Assembly (NCBI GenBank): GCA_963772835.1
Contig: CAVYYZ010000018.1
Coordinates: forward strand, 1-50,569
DNA: 50,569 bases
Source: an uncultured delta proteobacterium
Lineage (GTDB): Bacteria; Desulfobacterota; Desulfuromonadia; Geobacterales; Pseudopelobacteraceae
Direction: 5' to 3'
The position numbers and the translations under genes are program-made. The notes under the pieces were generated by a model. The model was not told the DNA's origin, did no database searches, and saw only the letters and a program-made list of their open reading frames with translations. Below, piece after piece: positions 19,122 to 27,743 of the stretch. Numbering within the stretch: position 1 is the first letter of the stretch; every line of letters starts with the position of its first letter.

Positions 19122-19165
19122 ACATGACTATATAATCATATATGCGATAAGGTGCTGGATGTCAA
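19122..19165 (-). promoter_or_regulatory. Promoter and operator of the second arsR
   Basis: TTGACA on the minus strand at 19160-19165; ACATGA-ctatataa-TCATAT at 19122-19141. Confidence 0.6.
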
Positions 19166-19195
19166 CAATTGAATGTTTGGGCCGCTGTCATACCT

Positions 19196-20257
19196 CTACA
19201 CATTGTCCGGAGCAGTTACAAACCAGCGTCGCTGGAACCAGAATGCCACATGTACCAGCCCTATCATGACCGGCACCTCAACCAGAGGGCCGATAACTGC
19301 AGCAAAAGCAGCTCCGGAATTGAGACCAAAAACCGCAATTGCCACGGCAATGGCAAGCTCGAAGTTGTTACTGGCAGCGGTGAAGGCCAGAGTTGTGGTC
19401 CTGCTGTAGTCGGCACCCATCTTTTTACCCATCCAGAATGAGACAAGGAACATAAGGATGAAGTAGACGCCCAGCGGGATGGCTATGCGAACCACATCCA
19501 TCGGCAGTTGAACGATCAGGTTTCCCTTGAGGCTGAACATGACAACGATAGTGAATAACAGCGCGATCAGCGTCAGCGGGCTGATTTTCGGTACAAACTC
19601 GCGGTGGTAGCGCTCTTTGCCCATGAGTTTCACTCCGACAAAACGGGTCAGTGCGCCGGTGATACAGGGTATACCCAGGTAGATGAAGACGCTTTCGGCA
19701 ATCTGGCGGATGCTGACATCCACCACCACCCCTTTAAGCCCGATCAACGGAGGCAGTACAGTAATGAAGAACCAGGCGTAGACGCTGTAGAAGAGGACCT
19801 GGAAGATGCTGTTGAAGGCCACCAGTCCGGCGGCATATTCGGTGTTGCCCTTGGCCAGCTCATTCCATACGATCACCATGGCGATGCAGCGTGCCAGTCC
19901 GATCATGATCAAGCCCACCATATAATCAGGTTTGTCCGGCAGCAGCAGGGCCGCAAGAACGAACATAAGGACCGGGCCGATCAGCCAGTTCTGTATCAAC
20001 GAAATGCCAAGAATTTTTTTGTTCTGAAAGACTTCCGGCATGTCCTCATACTTCACTTTTGCAAACGGCGGATACATCATCATGATCAAACCAACGGCGA
20101 TAGGTATGTTAGTGGTGCCGACCTGAAAGGAGTTAATGAATGATTCAGTGCCGGGGACCACATATCCGAGGCCGACACCGAGAGCCATGGCGGCAAAAAT
20201 CCAGAGGGTTAGCCAGCGGTCAAGGAAGGAAAGTTTTCGGGTAATATGTTCACTCAT
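19196..20257 (-). CDS. acr3: ACR3 family arsenite efflux transporter
   Basis: [44 protein letters not shown]. Confidence 0.95.
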   Translation of the reverse strand: MSEHITRKLSFLDRWLTLWIFAAMALGVGLGYVVPGTESFINSFQVGTTNIPIAVGLIMMMYPPFAKVKYEDMPEVFQNKKILGISLIQNWLIGPVLMFVLAALLLPDKPDYMVGLIMIGLARCIAMVIVWNELAKGNTEYAAGLVAFNSIFQVLFYSVYAWFFITVLPPLIGLKGVVVDVSIRQIAESVFIYLGIPCITGALTRFVGVKLMGKERYHREFVPKISPLTLIALLFTIVVMFSLKGNLIVQLPMDVVRIAIPLGVYFILMFLVSFWMGKKMGADYSRTTTLAFTAASNNFELAIAVAIAVFGLNSGAAFAAVIGPLVEVPVMIGLVHVAFWFQRRWFVTAPDNV

Positions 20258-20670
20258 GGAGGACCTCCAAAATAACGTATGATCCAGGATCTGATCTCGT
20301 CCCGAACCCGGCGGAATTCGGGTAGAACCGTCTCTTCACTTCCGGGCAATCGTGAGGGGTCGTCGAAACCGTGGTGGATTCGCTGAACACCGCCCAAAAA
20401 GAGGGGGCATCTCTCATGTGCATCACCGCAAAGGGTTACAACATGATCAAAATTATGACCTGCGAATTCAACCATTGTCTTGGAGCGTAGGGATGCGGTG
20501 TCGATGCCCAGCTCTGTCAGCACCCTGGCAGCAAGCGGATTGACCCGTGTTGCTTCGGTTCCGGCAGAATAGGCCTGAACATGAGAACCCAAAAAATGAT
20601 TAGCCAACGCTTCGGCCATCTGGGAGCGGCAGGAATTGTGGGTACAAAGGAAAAGGATTTGTCTTTTCAT
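20254..20670 (-). CDS. arsC: Thioredoxin-coupled arsenate reductase (LMW-PTP fold)
   Basis: [13 protein letters not shown]-loop, TLC...CP, FDDP. Confidence 0.93.
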   Translation of the reverse strand: MKRQILFLCTHNSCRSQMAEALANHFLGSHVQAYSAGTEATRVNPLAARVLTELGIDTASLRSKTMVEFAGHNFDHVVTLCGDAHERCPLFLGGVQRIHHGFDDPSRLPGSEETVLPEFRRVRDEIRSWIIRYFGGPP

Positions 20671-20680
20671 GCAGCAGAGT

Positions 20681-20700
20681 ATATCCGCTTTTGCGGATAT
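20681..20700. promoter_or_regulatory. Putative ArsR operator upstream of arsC
   Basis: Perfect inverted repeat ATATCCGC-tttt-GCGGATAT. Confidence 0.65.
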
Positions 20701-20718
20701 CTCAAGCTGTAATTTTTA

Positions 20719-21078
20719 TTATTGGCAGGTTGGATTGTCTTTGTTTTGTTGGAAAGCAACCAATGTATCCCGGTCTGACGCAGCCTCGGGAAGGATACTG
20801 GCGTGTCGCTTGAGCGTCTGTAGCAATTCTTTGCAGATAGCGCAGCTCTCCCGGCTCAGCGAGTAGTACATCCACACACCATCGCGGCGGATGTCAACCC
20901 AGCAACTGCGTTTGAGGTAGGCCAGGTGGCGTGACACAGTGGACTGTGGCAGCTTGAGTACAGCTATTAAGTCGCAGACGCACAACTCACCTTCTGCCTG
21001 CAATAAAAGGACGATGCGTAGTCGAATCGGGTCAGAGAGGGCTTTGATGGTTTGGGCAAGATGTTTCATGGATGACAT
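20719..21078 (-). CDS. arsR: As(III)-responsive ArsR repressor
   Basis: ELCVCDL alpha3 As-binding site, QSTVSRHLAYL; start may be 21069. Confidence 0.92.
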   Translation of the reverse strand: MSSMKHLAQTIKALSDPIRLRIVLLLQAEGELCVCDLIAVLKLPQSTVSRHLAYLKRSCWVDIRRDGVWMYYSLSRESCAICKELLQTLKRHASILPEAASDRDTLVAFQQNKDNPTCQ

Positions 21079-21178
21079 GTATAAAGCAGAGAAACTGAGA
21101 GGTCAAGATTTGTGCCGTTGCCTGCTTGATGCTTATGCCGCTGAAACAGCCGGCACCTGGCGACTTGGATTTCACAGA

Positions 21179-21209
21179 TACTTGCAATATGCAAATAAAT
21201 TGTGATACT
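21179..21209 (+). promoter_or_regulatory. Promoter and palindromic operator of marR-hgcAB
   Basis: TTGCA-ata-TGCAA (21182-21194) overlaps a TTGCAA -35; TGtGATACT extended -10 at 21201-21209. Confidence 0.55.
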
Positions 21210-21218
21210 GTGACTCCC

Positions 21219-21689
21219 ATGGAATCAGTCAGTGAACAATTACAACTATTCACCCGTCGTTTCGGTCTGCTGAACGCATCATGCTGCGACGAATGCTGCG
21301 GCGAACAGGTCTCCATGGCCCAGAGTCATATTCTTTTCGAAGTCCGCCGGCTGGTGAGGCCCTCAATGCAGCAGGTAGCGGAGGGGCTTGGTGTTGATGT
21401 GACCACATTCAGTCGGCAGGCAAAGGCTCTGGAGGGCAAAGGGTTTATTTCCCGTTCGGCATCTCCTGATGACCGGCGCGTGACTCTGCTGGGGTTGACC
21501 GATGCCGGTAGGCAGGTATTGGAAAAAATCGATCGCTACATGACGGTCCGGTTTGAAAGGGTATTTGATGATATGACTCCTTTTGAGCGCGAAACCGTGG
21601 TCAGGTCACTGAGGCTGTTGAATGAGGTCGTTGCTAAAGTCGGAGAAACCGACGCACAGTCGGGAGGTATTGTTGCATGTTGCAAGTAA
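21219..21689 (+). CDS. MarR family regulator with Cys clusters
   Basis: Winged-helix TTFSR...LEGKG...DDRR; N-terminal SCCDECC and C-terminal ACCK. Confidence 0.85.
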   Translation: MESVSEQLQLFTRRFGLLNASCCDECCGEQVSMAQSHILFEVRRLVRPSMQQVAEGLGVDVTTFSRQAKALEGKGFISRSASPDDRRVTLLGLTDAGRQVLEKIDRYMTVRFERVFDDMTPFERETVVRSLRLLNEVVAKVGETDAQSGGIVACCK

Positions 21690-22858
21690 AGAATTGTGAA
21701 CCGGGCAAATTTAAAATTAAAAGTATCCGGAAAAAAAGCCTGTCAAAAGAGAGTGCGAACTGTCCTTCAGAACCGGGAAACGGGAACGATAAGCCCCCCT
21801 GCTGAGGCCCTCCAACCTCCGCCGGTGGCGGAGAAATCACGGAAAAGGTTCCCGGTTTCATCGAATGGCTCGATACCCCGGCCGGCCCCGTGCCGCGCAT
21901 CGCGTCGGAACTCGGCATCGGCGATCATCTGGGGGCCTGCAAAGCCCGTTGGGGCATCGGGCGCATGGAATACATGGTGCCGCCCGGTCTGTACGCCATC
22001 GGTCACCCTCTGGCAACAGACCCGGTACTGGTGACGGCAAACTATAAGATGAGTTACGACCTCGTTCGCCAGTCACTCCCAGGGCGCAACATCTGGCTGC
22101 TGGTGCTGGAAACGTATGGTATTAACGTCTGGTGCGCGGCCGGGAAGGGGACTTTCGGCACCGGCGAGCTGGTCCGGCGGATCAAGACATCCGGGCTTGC
22201 AGAAGTTGTCACCCATCGACGTCTGCTCCTGCCGGTTCTCGGAGCGCCAGGAATTTCCGCCCACGAAGTGGCGCGCCGCAGCGGCTTCAAAATCAGCTAT
22301 GCTGCCATACGCGCAGCCGATTTGCCGGAGTATCTGGATAACGGCATGGTCACCACGCCTGGAATGAGTCAGCTGACTTTTACCCTTTACGAACGGTTGG
22401 TGTTGATTCCGGTCGAACTGGTGACGGGCCTGAAATCGATCGTCATCATCGGAACGGTGATTTTGCTGCTGCTGTCGGTGCTGAGTGGTTTCTCTGTCGG
22501 TATTTCGGGCGTATATGCCTATTTGGGAGCGTGCCTGTCCGGGATTGTGCTTGGACCGATTTTCCTCCCCTGGCTTCCCGGCCGCAGTTTTGCAGTCAAA
22601 GGAGCTGTCGCCGGCCTGCTGTGGGGCGTGCTGTTTTACACTATGTCGGGTGGAGCCGGTTGGAATGGCACCGTCACCGCCGCACTTTTCCTGGCTCTGC
22701 CTGCGGTCAGTGCTTTCCATACCCTTAATTTTACCGGCTGTACTCCCTATACATCCCGTTCCGGAGTCAAAAAGGAGATGCTTGTCGCTCTTCCAACTAT
22801 GGGGGGCGCATTGATTCTCAGCACAATTCTGCTGCTGGCGGGAAGGTTTCTGAAATGA
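21677..22858 (+). CDS. hgcA: Mercury methylation corrinoid protein HgcA, 393 aa with selenocysteine at residue 43
   Basis: Cap-helix motif GINVWCAAGKG, VTANYKMSYD, C-terminal TM domain, hgcB downstream. GGAGG RBS + ATG 21677 in frame with TGC-TGA (21800-21805) and the downstream ORF; SECIS-like hairpin. Gene identity is firmer than the Sec extension. Confidence 0.92.
21817..21833 (+). promoter_or_regulatory. Bacterial SECIS-like hairpin in hgcA
   Basis: CTCCGCC-GGT-GGCGGAG starting 11 nt after the UGA, G-initial apical loop. Confidence 0.8.
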
Positions 22859-23148
22859 AAAACTTTCGCTATCTGAAAAATGTAGCCACATTGAAACTGG
22901 ATCGACCAACCTGCATCGGTTGTGGTCGATGTCTGGAAGTCTGCCCGCACCAGGTTTTTGCACCGGACGGGCAAAAAGTCCTGCTTGCCGATCTCGACGC
23001 CTGTATGGAGTGCGGTGCCTGCGCCCTGAATTGCCCGGTCAGGGCTATCTCGGTCGATGCCGGAGTAGGTTGTGCCTCCGGTATGATCAACGAATGGCTG
23101 CAGAAACACAATCTTGGGAGTGCGAGCGGGGGGAACTGTTGTTCCTGA
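22855..23148 (+). CDS. hgcB: Mercury methylation 2[4Fe-4S] ferredoxin HgcB
   Basis: CIGCGRC...CP, CMECGAC...CP, GVGCA, terminal CC; ATGA overlap with hgcA. Confidence 0.95.
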   Translation: MKNFRYLKNVATLKLDRPTCIGCGRCLEVCPHQVFAPDGQKVLLADLDACMECGACALNCPVRAISVDAGVGCASGMINEWLQKHNLGSASGGNCCS

Positions 23149-23293
23149 ATCCATGTGTCCTTCTCTGATACTTCTGTGATTATTACGCGACACGTTATGG
23201 TAGTGGCGCTTTTCAAAATGGTATCATATAGTTGCATTTAATCAAATCCTGTATTACCCTCCTGTATCTGCACTAACTTCATGGTTAAAGGTC

Positions 23294-24616
23294 ATGCTGC
23301 TCATGCCCGGAAGAATTCTACAGCCGACTCTCGTCCAGAAGTTGATCATAAGCTATGCCATCATAGTATTTTGTCTGGTGGCGGCACTCCTCTACTCTAA
23401 TAACGGCTTGAGAAGCATCTCCAAAACTGCAAACGAAATCGGAAGTGTCGATCTTCCCGCAGCAGCGGCTGTGGATTCCTTGAGAGACTCACTAAAGGCA
23501 CAGCATCGGGCGGTAGGCAGATTTTCCATTATGCCGGGGCAGGAATACAAAGATCTTTATTATGCCCAGGGGATTGAGTTCAGAAACTCCCTGTCAACTC
23601 TTCAAAAAACAGGTCTGAGTGCTCTCCCTTCTCTGCGGGTTGAATATGAAATATTTGACAGAGCCGCTCAGGGGCTGTTTGACGGGGTGTTAGTGTCTGA
23701 AGGCAGAATGAAATCATCCGTTAAACGAGTTGAAAAAGGGATTGAAACCGTACAGAACCAGCAAAACCTTCAGCTTGAATCAAAGCTGGTCGCGGCGAGA
23801 GAGAAAGAATCAAATACAATATCAACAGCTATGACACTTGCCTTCAGCGGCGTTGTTATTGCCATTTTTGTTGCAGTTTTTCTTGTGTACTCACTATCCA
23901 ACTCCATTGCAAAACTGAAAAGGGCAACACACCGTATAGCAGCAGGGGATTTTGATCATGATCCAAAACTTGCTCAGGGAGATGAAATCGGTGACCTTGC
24001 AAAGGATTTCATGGTTATGGCCGCCCGGTTGAAAGAGCTGGAGCAGATAAGTCTTGACGCAAGTCCGCTTACCCGGCTGCCAGGAAATATTGCTATTGAA
24101 CGCTTCATAAACAGACATTTGAAGGAACAGAAGCCGTTTGCAATGTGCTATCTGGATCTTGATAATTTCAAGTCATACAATGATCACTACGGTTACATCA
24201 AGGCCAGCGAGCTGCTTAAGGAAGCGGGGCAGGTCATACACGAGGCGGTCACCAGGCTTGGAAAACCGGACACCTTCGTCGGCCATATCGGTGGCGATGA
24301 CTTTGTTGTGATAGTTGATGAAGAGGATGCCGATGCGGCATGTCAGGCAATAATCCGGGGCATAGATTCCATGATTCCGAAATACTATTCCGATGAAGAC
24401 CGTACTATCGGTTATATTGACGGGGTAGACAGGTACGGAGTTGAGCGCAGGTTTCCTCTCATTTCCATTTCCATTGCGGCTCTTGCGTGCAAACCGGGCA
24501 ATTACGGATCCGCCGCCGAGATAGCAACCACCGCTGCGAAGATTAAAGACCAGGTGAAAAGTTCATCGGGAAGTAATTACATCATAGTTGAAAAGGGAAA
24601 TATCGGTGAGGCGTAA
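23294..24616 (+). CDS. Membrane sensor with HAMP and GGDEF domains (diguanylate cyclase-like)
   Basis: 2 TM, HAMP DEIGDLA, PLTRLPGN, DLDNFKSYNDHYG, GGDDF. Confidence 0.88.
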   Translation: MLLMPGRILQPTLVQKLIISYAIIVFCLVAALLYSNNGLRSISKTANEIGSVDLPAAAAVDSLRDSLKAQHRAVGRFSIMPGQEYKDLYYAQGIEFRNSLSTLQKTGLSALPSLRVEYEIFDRAAQGLFDGVLVSEGRMKSSVKRVEKGIETVQNQQNLQLESKLVAAREKESNTISTAMTLAFSGVVIAIFVAVFLVYSLSNSIAKLKRATHRIAAGDFDHDPKLAQGDEIGDLAKDFMVMAARLKELEQISLDASPLTRLPGNIAIERFINRHLKEQKPFAMCYLDLDNFKSYNDHYGYIKASELLKEAGQVIHEAVTRLGKPDTFVGHIGGDDFVVIVDEEDADAACQAIIRGIDSMIPKYYSDEDRTIGYIDGVDRYGVERRFPLISISIAALACKPGNYGSAAEIATTAAKIKDQVKSSSGSNYIIVEKGNIGEA

Positions 24617-25124
24617 TCTCACATACATGGTGCTTTTCTGCACGCTCCTGTTGAATCTCGCCGGATGCAGCGGAATCTTCAGCAATGGTACTGTGCGAAA
24701 GGTTTCAGAGCCGCAACAGAATCTTACTAGTGCTCTCAATATGATTCGATCAGGTCTGGAGAGTGAGGCGCGCCACTACCTGGAGCTGGTCATAGATTAT
24801 TCCCGCGAGGATGGGGTTACGGACGAGGCGCTTTTCCGCCTGGCGGTCTTGAAACTCAACGACGGAGACCTGGGAGGCGGGAACAGCTCCGCGGCTCTCC
24901 TTGCGAGACTACGGCTTAACTATCCGGCAAGTGTATGGACAAAACAGGCAGCGCCGCTTCAGTTATATCTGCTGAATGTAAAGCACATCCGAAACCGTGA
25001 AAAAGAAATTAATGACCTGCATGATAAAAACCTGTCCCTGAGCAAGGACGTACGTGGGCTGCGTCAGATCCTCGAACGGATGAAGGCTCTTGACACTGAA
25101 TTGGAACAGAAAATCCAACGCTGA
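24606..25124 (+). CDS. Lipoprotein with TPR-like and coiled-coil segments
   Basis: LAGC lipobox, DEALFRLA, YPASVW; overlaps the upstream gene end. Confidence 0.7.
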   Translation: MRRNLTYMVLFCTLLLNLAGCSGIFSNGTVRKVSEPQQNLTSALNMIRSGLESEARHYLELVIDYSREDGVTDEALFRLAVLKLNDGDLGGGNSSAALLARLRLNYPASVWTKQAAPLQLYLLNVKHIRNREKEINDLHDKNLSLSKDVRGLRQILERMKALDTELEQKIQR

Positions 25125-25233
25125 TTCTACAGATGCAGTATCAGCGACTGCTGTACGTTCTAATTACCGTTATCCCTCCGAGTTTACTTTTCCCGATTAT
25201 CTGCTACGTTAACTATGACAATGAAAATTCATA

Positions 25234-25261
25234 TTGACATATAGAATATTATATATATTAT
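25234..25261 (+). promoter_or_regulatory. Sigma70-type promoter of the RND operon with an AT-rich palindrome
   Basis: TTGACA (25234-25239), TATTAT (25256-25261); ATATAG-aatattat-ATATAT at 25239-25258. Confidence 0.55.
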
Positions 25262-25287
25262 AAATTGTATAAAAGTGCGGAGGACAT

Positions 25288-26628
25288 ATGTTTCGAATAG
25301 TTATTACAGGTGCCGTAGTGCTTCTTTCGGTTGCCGCTGCCCAGGCCGAGGAGCTGAAACTTTCGCTCAAGGATGCAATGGGCATGGCTCTTGAGAACAA
25401 CAGTCAAATCAAGGCTGCCCGTTTTAATTCCCAGACTGCTTCACAGGGAATTCAGATCGCCAATTCCCGATATCTGCCTGCTGTTTCTTTTGAGGAATCA
25501 CTGGTTGCGTCAAACTCGCCGATAAATACGTTTATGATGAAACTCGATGAGGGCCGCTTTACCCAGAACGATTTTCTGATCAGTAATCTCAATAATCCGG
25601 CTTCTCAGCATGATTTCAAAACCATCCTATCAGTTCAGCAGCCGTTATTTGTACCTTCTCTCTCCCCGCTTAAAGAGATGGCCGTCAAGGATGCGCAGAA
25701 ATCTGAACTGGAATTGGAATCTGCCCGTCAGGGTATTGCCTTCCAGGTTTTTCAAACGTACCTTGAGGTGCAGAAGAGTGATGCCCAACTCAAGTCAGCT
25801 GATAAAGCTGTGGCGGATGCCAGGGAGAACATGCGGCTGGCAGGTGTCAGGACATCAGAAGGAGTCGGCCTCAGATCAGATGAACTGCGGGCTCGCACAC
25901 ACCTGTCGTCAGTTGAGCAGCAGTATATCTCCGCCCATAACAACGTGACGCTTGCTCGGATGAAGCTGGCGATGTTGATCGGACTGCCTGATGAAAGTAC
26001 ATTTGAAATTACCGGAGTTCCCGGCAGTATTACTGTTCCCGTCATGAGCGATCAGGTGGTCAGGGAGGCTCTTGATAACCGGGTTGAAATCAGGCAGTCC
26101 CGTACAGATCTTGAAAAATCAGATGCATCACTCAGGCTCGCCAGAAGGGAATATCTGCCGACAGTCGGAGCTTTTGCTTCATACCAGTTGAACGCCAAGG
26201 ATTCCCCTTTTTCTTCAGATAATGACGCCTGGACTGCGGGTGTTTCACTGAAATGGCAGTTGTTTGATGGATTCCGTCGAGGCAGCGAGCGTAAAAAGGC
26301 GGTTTCCGGTCAATCAGCCGCTCGAGAGATGCTGGAGTCTGCTACAAAGAATGTCAGATACCAGATTAAGGAGAGTTACGTCCGTCGTGATGAAACGGGT
26401 AAACGCCTTGAGGTGACCCGGCACGCGGTTCTGGATGCCGAGGAGACAGTCAGGCTTCTTACCAAACGGTATGAAAATTCACTGGCAACGATGGTTGAAT
26501 TACTTGACGCCCAGACGGCGCTTAACCAGACACGGGCAAACCTGGTTGAAACCGAGGCAGAATATGCCCTTGCTGGTGGACGGGTTTATTATATGACGGG
26601 AACTTTTGTGAAGGAGATGCTGAAATGA
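25288..26628 (+). CDS. TolC family outer-membrane efflux protein
   Basis: Signal peptide, LSLKDAMGMALENN, two OEP repeats, ELLDAQ. Confidence 0.92.
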   Translation: MFRIVITGAVVLLSVAAAQAEELKLSLKDAMGMALENNSQIKAARFNSQTASQGIQIANSRYLPAVSFEESLVASNSPINTFMMKLDEGRFTQNDFLISNLNNPASQHDFKTILSVQQPLFVPSLSPLKEMAVKDAQKSELELESARQGIAFQVFQTYLEVQKSDAQLKSADKAVADARENMRLAGVRTSEGVGLRSDELRARTHLSSVEQQYISAHNNVTLARMKLAMLIGLPDESTFEITGVPGSITVPVMSDQVVREALDNRVEIRQSRTDLEKSDASLRLARREYLPTVGAFASYQLNAKDSPFSSDNDAWTAGVSLKWQLFDGFRRGSERKKAVSGQSAAREMLESATKNVRYQIKESYVRRDETGKRLEVTRHAVLDAEETVRLLTKRYENSLATMVELLDAQTALNQTRANLVETEAEYALAGGRVYYMTGTFVKEMLK

Positions 26629-27740
26629 TGAACTTTAAACTGGTAATAACGATCCTTCTGCCGGCCGTATTTTTCGCTGCGGGGTGTTCAAAGAAGCAGG
26701 AGGCGGGAAAAACTGAAAATGCGCCGGTTGCGGTCATTAAGGGTGTGTCTCTGGAAACCGTCAAGAACGTTGCCATGCCGGAACTGCTGGATGTAGTCGG
26801 AAGCGTACGTGCCCGCACCAGTGCGGTTGTATCGACCCGCATTCCCGGCAGCATCAGCGTCCTCCGTGTCCATGAAGGTGACAGAGTGCGCAAGGGACAG
26901 TTGCTGGCGCAGCTGGATGCCCAGGAAAACCAGGCAACAGCAGCAGCAGCAACTGCTGTAGTTGATGAGGCACGACGCGGAGTTGACGAAGCGATCTCCC
27001 GGAAAAAACTGGCCGATATGACCTTCGAACGCTACAACAACCTCTTCAAAGAACAGGCCATAAGCCGCCAGGAGTTTGATGTCAAACAGACCGAAAAAGA
27101 TATCGCCGCCGGAGGATTGGCACGTGCCGAATCAAGGCTGAAGCAGAGCCAGGAAGGAGCAAAGGCTGCCACAACCATGTCTGATTATACCCGGATCCTC
27201 GCTCCGGTCTCCGGAGTTGTCGTCAGCAAACAGGCCGATCTGGGTGCGACGGTATTCCCGGGGCAGCCGTTAATGACGATAGAAGATGAAGGGACCTATC
27301 AATTGGAGCTGGCTCTGCCGGAAAATATGGCGTCAAAGGTTAAGCCTGGTACATCGCTTCAAATCACAATAGATGCCACCGGGAGTTCATTCGCTGCCAG
27401 AATAGCCGAAATGGTTCCGGCCGCCGACTCGGCCAGCCGTACCGTTATAGCCAAGATTGCACTGAACCAGAAGGGTTTGAAATCCGGTATGTTTGGCCGG
27501 GGCGCGATCAGCCTCGGGACAACTGTTAACGGTTTTACCGTGCCGAATAAGTCCGTTGTTGTTCACGGCGCACTGACTTCGGTCTGGACGGTGGACAAAG
27601 AGAACATTGCCCGTATGAGGATCGTCAAGGTTGGCAGGCAAGCCGGAGATAGAGTGGAAATTCTTTCCGGACTGTCCGAAGGTGACCGTGTGGTCATCAC
27701 TGGTGTTGAGAAGATCACTGAAGCGGCAAAGGTGGAGTAG
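26625..27740 (+). CDS. RND periplasmic adaptor (MFP)
   Basis: AAGC lipobox, V.EGD.V.KGQLL, APVSG, GMFGR. Confidence 0.92.
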   Translation: MMNFKLVITILLPAVFFAAGCSKKQEAGKTENAPVAVIKGVSLETVKNVAMPELLDVVGSVRARTSAVVSTRIPGSISVLRVHEGDRVRKGQLLAQLDAQENQATAAAATAVVDEARRGVDEAISRKKLADMTFERYNNLFKEQAISRQEFDVKQTEKDIAAGGLARAESRLKQSQEGAKAATTMSDYTRILAPVSGVVVSKQADLGATVFPGQPLMTIEDEGTYQLELALPENMASKVKPGTSLQITIDATGSSFAARIAEMVPAADSASRTVIAKIALNQKGLKSGMFGRGAISLGTTVNGFTVPNKSVVVHGALTSVWTVDKENIARMRIVKVGRQAGDRVEILSGLSEGDRVVITGVEKITEAAKVE

Positions 27741-27743
27741 AAC

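Noticed and set aside
21696..22034. 112-aa ORF overlapping the hgcA 5' region, or a frameshifted hgcA
   Set aside because: Alternative-frame shadow; the hgcA frame is continuous from ATG 21677 apart from the single TGA.
22073..22963. Long antisense ORFs (e.g. 296 aa opposite hgcA, 213-215 aa opposite the RND gene, 234 aa opposite the b5 fusion)
   Set aside because: Shadows of well-supported genes on the other strand, with no motifs of their own.
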